A DNA stretch of 64,000 bases. Origin: Dehalococcoidia bacterium (GTDB taxonomy: Bacteria > Chloroflexota > Dehalococcoidia > UBA2979). The stretch is taken from contig DASCQM010000001.1 of the NCBI GenBank assembly GCA_036013055.1, forward strand, positions 39,015-103,014, written 5' to 3'. Shown here piece by piece: positions 59,796 through 64,000 of this stretch (the first letter of the stretch is position 1; each line of letters opens with the position of its first letter). The notes under the pieces were generated by a model. The model did not search any database and had not been told where the DNA came from. It saw only the letters and a list, made by a program, of their open reading frames with translations. A program made the position numbers and the translations under genes.

Positions 59796-60059
59796 CTAGG
59801 CTGGGGTCGCCGCCAGCGCCAACACCACCGCCGTCTTCAGCTCACCCATCTCGGGATAGGTGCCGGTTTCGCGCTTCGAGTACGCCAGCTCGTCGTTGAT
59901 CCAGAACTCGAAATCGCCGCCGCCACCCATCTCTAGGTCGAAGCGCTCGATGTCGGGCTGATACTCCGCAAGAATCTCGGCCGCCGTCCAGACGGCCCTC
60001 TGCATGTAGTTTCAGTCGACGCAGTAGCGAAGCTTGATTCGCAATCCACCTTCAGCCAT
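59796..60059 (-). CDS. Rdx (SelW/SelT/SelH-like) selenoprotein with a CxxU motif (87 aa)
   Basis: MAEGGLRIKLRYCVD-TGA(60014-60012)-NYMQRAVWTAAEIL...GGGGDFEF...SKRETGTYPE; GGGAGG SD; hairpin just 3' of the TGA. Confidence 0.88.
59983..59996 (-). promoter_or_regulatory. Putative bacterial SECIS hairpin
   Basis: GCCGT-CTGG-ACGGC, separated from the in-frame UGA by 15 nt. Confidence 0.6.
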
Positions 60060-60078
60060 TCGGGCCTCCCCAGTCTCT

Positions 60079-60687
60079 CTAGCCGTAGCGTTCTTCGGTC
60101 CACGGGTCACCGTGCATATGGTAGCCGTACATCTCCCAAAAGCCAGCGCGATCCGCGGCCATGAACTCAATGCCACGCACCCACTTCGCGCTCTTCCAGA
60201 AGTAGAGCTGCGGGATCATCCCGCGCAGCGGCCAGCCGTGCTCGGGCGTCAGTGGCTCGCCGTTGTGCGTGTGCACGAACAGGATGTCGTCGCTCATCAG
60301 CTCGGCCAGCGGCACGTTTGTCGTGTAGCCGCCGTACGAGTGGAACATCACGTGCTTCGCCTCGGGCTTTACGCCGACCAGTTCCATGACATCGCTGAAG
60401 CGCACGCCGACCCAGTCGTTGTCGTACTTGCTCCACGTCGTCACGCAGTGGATGTCGGTGCGAACGTCGACCTGGGGCAGCGCCATGAACTGCTCCCAGC
60501 TCAGCGAGACCTCCTGATCGACGAGACCGCCGATGTTGAACTGCCACGTGTCGAGGTCGACACGGGGAATCGCACCGTAGTGCAGGATTGGCCAGCCGTC
60601 AGTCAGTCGCTGACCGGGTGGCAGGCGCTTGCGCGAGTCTTCGGGCGGCGCGTCGCTCGCCGGATCACGGGTGAGGTCGAGTGCCAC
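60079..60687 (-). CDS. Sulfite-oxidase-like molybdopterin oxidoreductase (no evident signal peptide)
   Basis: RLPPGQ, DIHCVTTWS, HGWPLR, YFWKSAKW and GFWEMYGYH motifs. Confidence 0.9.
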   Translation of the reverse strand: MALDLTRDPASDAPPEDSRKRLPPGQRLTDGWPILHYGAIPRVDLDTWQFNIGGLVDQEVSLSWEQFMALPQVDVRTDIHCVTTWSKYDNDWVGVRFSDVMELVGVKPEAKHVMFHSYGGYTTNVPLAELMSDDILFVHTHNGEPLTPEHGWPLRGMIPQLYFWKSAKWVRGIEFMAADRAGFWEMYGYHMHGDPWTEERYG

Positions 60688-60837
60688 GGAGCATCCCCTT
60701 CGCTCAAAGTGGTCACAACATCGTAGCCTCGCGCAGCGGCGCATCTCAACTGCCCCCCCACATCGATCGACGTGCACCGATCGAGGTCCCGGCAGCCCCC
60801 GAGCGAATGCTGGGCTACGCTGGGATCGAGGTGCTGC

Positions 60838-61359
60838 GTGGCACAACCCTCGACGTCAGAAGCCCCGACGCCGCACGCGACGATCTCGCGTGCGCGGCTG
60901 CTGCCGTTCTTCGGTATCGCTCTCGCGGTCGTTGCCGCAGATCAACTGACGAAATCACTGATCCGCGGCTGGCTCGACCGCGGCGAGAGCTGGCCGACCC
61001 GCGACGGCTGGCTCCAGCTCTCACACGTCGAGAACTCCGGCGCCGCGTTTGGCATCCTGCAGGGCGCGGGGACGCTGCTGATCATTCCGGCGCTGATCGG
61101 CATCGTCGCGGTGATCGCGTTCCTCTTCGTCGCGCCGTTCGGAGGACGCCTCTACTCGGTCGCGCTGGCGCTGATCCTCGGCGGTGCAACGGGCAACCTG
61201 ATCGACCGGGCCGCGCGCAGCACGGTCACCGACTTCATCGATCCGAAGTTCTACCCCGCGTTCAACATCGCCGACTCCGCGATCGTGATCGCCGTTGTCA
61301 CGCTGTTCCTGCTCTCATTCCTCGACCAGCATGCCGACGCCGAAGACGCACCGCAGTGA
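60838..61359 (+). CDS. lspA: Lipoprotein signal peptidase II
   Basis: DQLTK, ENSGAAFG, GGATGNLIDR, VTDFI and FNIADS motifs. Confidence 0.95.
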   Translation: MAQPSTSEAPTPHATISRARLLPFFGIALAVVAADQLTKSLIRGWLDRGESWPTRDGWLQLSHVENSGAAFGILQGAGTLLIIPALIGIVAVIAFLFVAPFGGRLYSVALALILGGATGNLIDRAARSTVTDFIDPKFYPAFNIADSAIVIAVVTLFLLSFLDQHADAEDAPQ

Positions 61360-62303
61360 CGGGCACCCGACAGGACTTCGCCGCCACGGAGGCCGGCCGC
61401 CTCGACCGCCTCGTCGCCGGGGCGCTGCCCGAGTTGTCGCGCTCGCAGGCGCAACGACTGATCGAGGATGGCCGCGTCACCGTCGATGCCGCGACCGTCA
61501 CGAAGGTGGCGCACGCCGTGACCGTTGGCGCGACCATCGAGGTCGAATTGCCGGTCGTCCCCGACCTCGATCTGATCGCGCGCGACGTGCCGCTCAGCAT
61601 CATCTTCGAGGACGAGGAGACGCTGGTGATCGACAAGGCGCCCGGCATGATCATCCACCCCGCCCCCGGCGTGCAGGGCGTGACGCTGATCAACGTCGTG
61701 CGCGCGCGTTACCCGTCGGTCGCGGAGATCGACGAGAGCAACCGACCGGGCGTCGTACATCGTCTCGACCGCGACACGTCCGGCGCGATGGTCTTCGCGA
61801 AGTCGTCGACGGCCGCGCAGGTGCTACGCGATCAATGGCGCGAGCGCGAGACGCTGAAGATCTACCTCGCCATCGTCGACGGCCGAGTCGACCCGATCGA
61901 GGGGATCATCGAGTCGGAGATCGGCCCCGATCCCGCGAACCCGCGCCGCCGCGCCGTGATCGAGAACGGCCAGTCCGCGCGCTCGCAGTACCGCGTGCTT
62001 GAGCAGTACGGCGATGACGCGGCACTCGTCGAGGTACAGATCTATACCGGCCGCACGCACCAGATTCGCGTCCACATGGCCGCGATCGGATATCCGGTCG
62101 TCGGCGACACGCTCTACGGCAGTGGCTCGGAGCTGATCGAGCGCCAGGCGTTGCACGCGTCGCGGCTCGGCTTCACACTCGCCACCACCGGCGAATGGCG
62201 CGAGTTCGAAGCGCCGCTCCCGCGCGATATGATCGATGTGATCGCCGGCCTGCGACAGCGCTTCCACACCACGCCGGCATCCGAGATTGGCGAACTACCG
62301 TGA
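61356..62303 (+). CDS. rluD: RluA/RluD family pseudouridine synthase with an S4 domain
   Basis: RLDRL...SRSQ, DKAPGM, VHRLDRDTSG, TGRTHQIRVH and QALHA motifs. Confidence 0.92.
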   Translation: MTGTRQDFAATEAGRLDRLVAGALPELSRSQAQRLIEDGRVTVDAATVTKVAHAVTVGATIEVELPVVPDLDLIARDVPLSIIFEDEETLVIDKAPGMIIHPAPGVQGVTLINVVRARYPSVAEIDESNRPGVVHRLDRDTSGAMVFAKSSTAAQVLRDQWRERETLKIYLAIVDGRVDPIEGIIESEIGPDPANPRRRAVIENGQSARSQYRVLEQYGDDAALVEVQIYTGRTHQIRVHMAAIGYPVVGDTLYGSGSELIERQALHASRLGFTLATTGEWREFEAPLPRDMIDVIAGLRQRFHTTPASEIGELP

Positions 62304-63793
62304 CCGTTCGAGTCCGATACGCACCGAGCCCGACCGGGGACCCGCACGTCGGCAACATCCGCACGGCGCTCTGGGCGTGGCTACACGCGCGCCACCACGG
62401 CGGCAAGTTCATCGTGCGGCTTGAGGACACAGACCAGTCGCGCGCGATCGACGGCTCGCTGGAGCGCATCCTCGACTCGCTGCGCTGGCTCGGCATCGAC
62501 TGGGACGAGGGCCCCGACATCGGCGGACCCTACGGGCCGTACGTGCAGTCGGAGCGCCTCGACCTCTACCGCGAAGCCATCGACCGCCTGCTCGCCAGCG
62601 GCGACGCGTACCCCTGTTTCTGCACGCCCGAGGAGCTGAGCGAGCTGCGCAAATCGCAGCAGAAGGCGAAGCTCCCGACCGGCTACGAGGGCAAGTGCCG
62701 CCTAGTCGATGTCGCCGACGCCCGCACACGCGTCGAGGGCGGCGAGCCGCACGTGATCCGCTTCCGCATGCCGGACGAAGGCACGACCACCTTCACCGAT
62801 GCGTTGCGCGGTGAAATCACCGTCGAGAACAGTACGCAGGAAGATTTCGTGATTCTGAAGTCGGACGGCTTCCCGACCTACCACCTCGCCCACGTCGTCG
62901 ATGACCACGCGATGGAGATCACGCACATCATCCGCGGCGAGGAGTGGATCCCGTCCGCGCCGCGCCACCTGCGGCTCTTCGAAGCGCTTGGCTACGAGCC
63001 GCCGATCTTCGTACACAACCCGGTGATTCTCGGCCCGGACGGCGGCAAGCTCTCCAAGCGCCACGGCGCGAAGTTCGTGCTTGAGTACGCCGAGGAGGGC
63101 TACCTGCCGCAGGCCGTCTTTAACTTCCTCGTGATGATGGGCTGGTCGCTCGACGGCGAGACTGAGATCGCCTCACGCGAGCGCCTGATCGAGGCCTTCG
63201 ACGTCACCGATCTCTCGCCGAGCCCGGCCGGTTTCGATACGCAGAAGCTGGAGTGGATGAACGGCGTCTACCTGCGCGACATGCCGGAGCGCGAGCTCTC
63301 GGAGCTCTTCGCACAGCGGTTGGAGCGCGACCTCCCCGGCGACATCGCCCGCCCGCTCGACCGCATGGTCGTTGAGCAGTTCACGCCGCTGGTGCAGGAG
63401 CGCGTGAAGCTGCTCTCCGAACTCGCGCCGATGGTCGACTTCTTCTTCCGCTCTGTGATCACGCCGGCCGAGCCGGAAGCGATCCTCGGCAAGCCGTTCC
63501 GCAAGCGCCCGGACGCTGCACCGGGCATCCTCGCCGCCGCCGCCGACGCGCTCGATGCGCTCGATGAGAGCAGCGGCTGGTCGCACGAGGCGATCGAAGA
63601 GCGGTTGCGAGCGCTGGCGAAGGAGCTGGAAGAGAAGCCCGGCGATGTCTTCATGCTCTGCCGCGTCGCCGTGACCGGGAAGTCCGTCACGCCACCGCTC
63701 TTCGAGACGATGGAGATCATCGGCCCGGTGCTCACCGTCGAACGGCTGCAGGCGGCCGAGGCTTCACTACGCGCCGTCACCACCGACGCCTGA
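62300..63793 (+). CDS. gltX: Glutamate--tRNA ligase
   Basis: RYAPSPTGDPHVGN, RLEDTD, CFC...CR, PTYHLA and KLSKRHG motifs. GTG 62300 overlaps the rluD stop. Confidence 0.97.
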   Translation: MTVRVRYAPSPTGDPHVGNIRTALWAWLHARHHGGKFIVRLEDTDQSRAIDGSLERILDSLRWLGIDWDEGPDIGGPYGPYVQSERLDLYREAIDRLLASGDAYPCFCTPEELSELRKSQQKAKLPTGYEGKCRLVDVADARTRVEGGEPHVIRFRMPDEGTTTFTDALRGEITVENSTQEDFVILKSDGFPTYHLAHVVDDHAMEITHIIRGEEWIPSAPRHLRLFEALGYEPPIFVHNPVILGPDGGKLSKRHGAKFVLEYAEEGYLPQAVFNFLVMMGWSLDGETEIASRERLIEAFDVTDLSPSPAGFDTQKLEWMNGVYLRDMPERELSELFAQRLERDLPGDIARPLDRMVVEQFTPLVQERVKLLSELAPMVDFFFRSVITPAEPEAILGKPFRKRPDAAPGILAAAADALDALDESSGWSHEAIEERLRALAKELEEKPGDVFMLCRVAVTGKSVTPPLFETMEIIGPVLTVERLQAAEASLRAVTTDA

Positions 63794-63891
63794 CGCGCCG
63801 CAGCCCCGTCGCGCGATCGCCGCAGCGCCGCCGTAGCGCGGCGGCTCCCTACGTGATCGGTACGGCCGGGTTTGCTAGGATCGAGCTCCGC

Positions 63892-63965
63892 TCGGGACTC
63901 GTCTAATGGTAGGACAACGGATTCTGGTTCCGTCAATTGGGGTTCGAATCCCTGGTCCCGAGCCA
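63892..63965 (+). tRNA. tRNA-Gln (anticodon CTG)
   Basis: Acceptor stem TCGGGAC/GTCCCGA with GCCA end; anticodon arm ACGGA-TTCTGGT-TCCGT. Confidence 0.96.
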
Positions 63966-64000
63966 ACTTTTCAGATTCGAACACGGCCTCGTCCCATATG

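Noticed and set aside
62300-63965. gltX next to tRNA-Gln and near two tRNA-Glu genes as evidence of special specificity
   Set aside because: This arrangement is common, and discriminating versus non-discriminating status cannot be determined from the sequence here.

Overview
High-GC chromosomal core-genome window. Gene content and style suggest a Chloroflexota (Dehalococcoidia-like) bacterium; this is an inference. No intact mobile element, prophage or CRISPR array is visible. In order it contains: a partial his operon (hisZ, double-domain hisG, Zn-PLC-like gene, hisD, hisC, hisB, pcp, hisN) behind a His-leader attenuator; birA; a class III aminotransferase; murE; RNase P RNA; modABC; a catalytically degenerate large serine recombinase; yceD-rpmF-fabD-fabG-nusB-acpP-tatB-tatC; udg-rnj-ftsK; uvrB; a GGDEF protein; yebC-ruvC-ruvA; panDBC behind a pan-motif-like leader; polA-mutM; a MacB/FtsX-type ABC system; ltaE; ccdA; an interrupted ABC-F gene; a double-cupredoxin lipoprotein; two tRNA-Glu; an LLM oxidoreductase; nnrE; malic enzyme; a sulfite-oxidase-like gene; lspA-rluD-gltX-tRNA-Gln. 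The most notable signals are largely invisible in the ORF track. They are two stand-alone small transcription units (about 8715-8922, with a 14-nt match to the typical 16S anti-SD tail, and 26809-27070, a structured RNA with repeated GAAC motifs), a circularly permuted CcdA, a Zn-ribbon-ACT-malic enzyme whose promoter is covered by a perfect 22-bp palindrome, an unannotated CxxU Rdx selenoprotein with a SECIS-like hairpin, a tandem HisG with one degenerate half, and an apparently domesticated dead serine recombinase. All calls come from reading the sequence; no searches were run.
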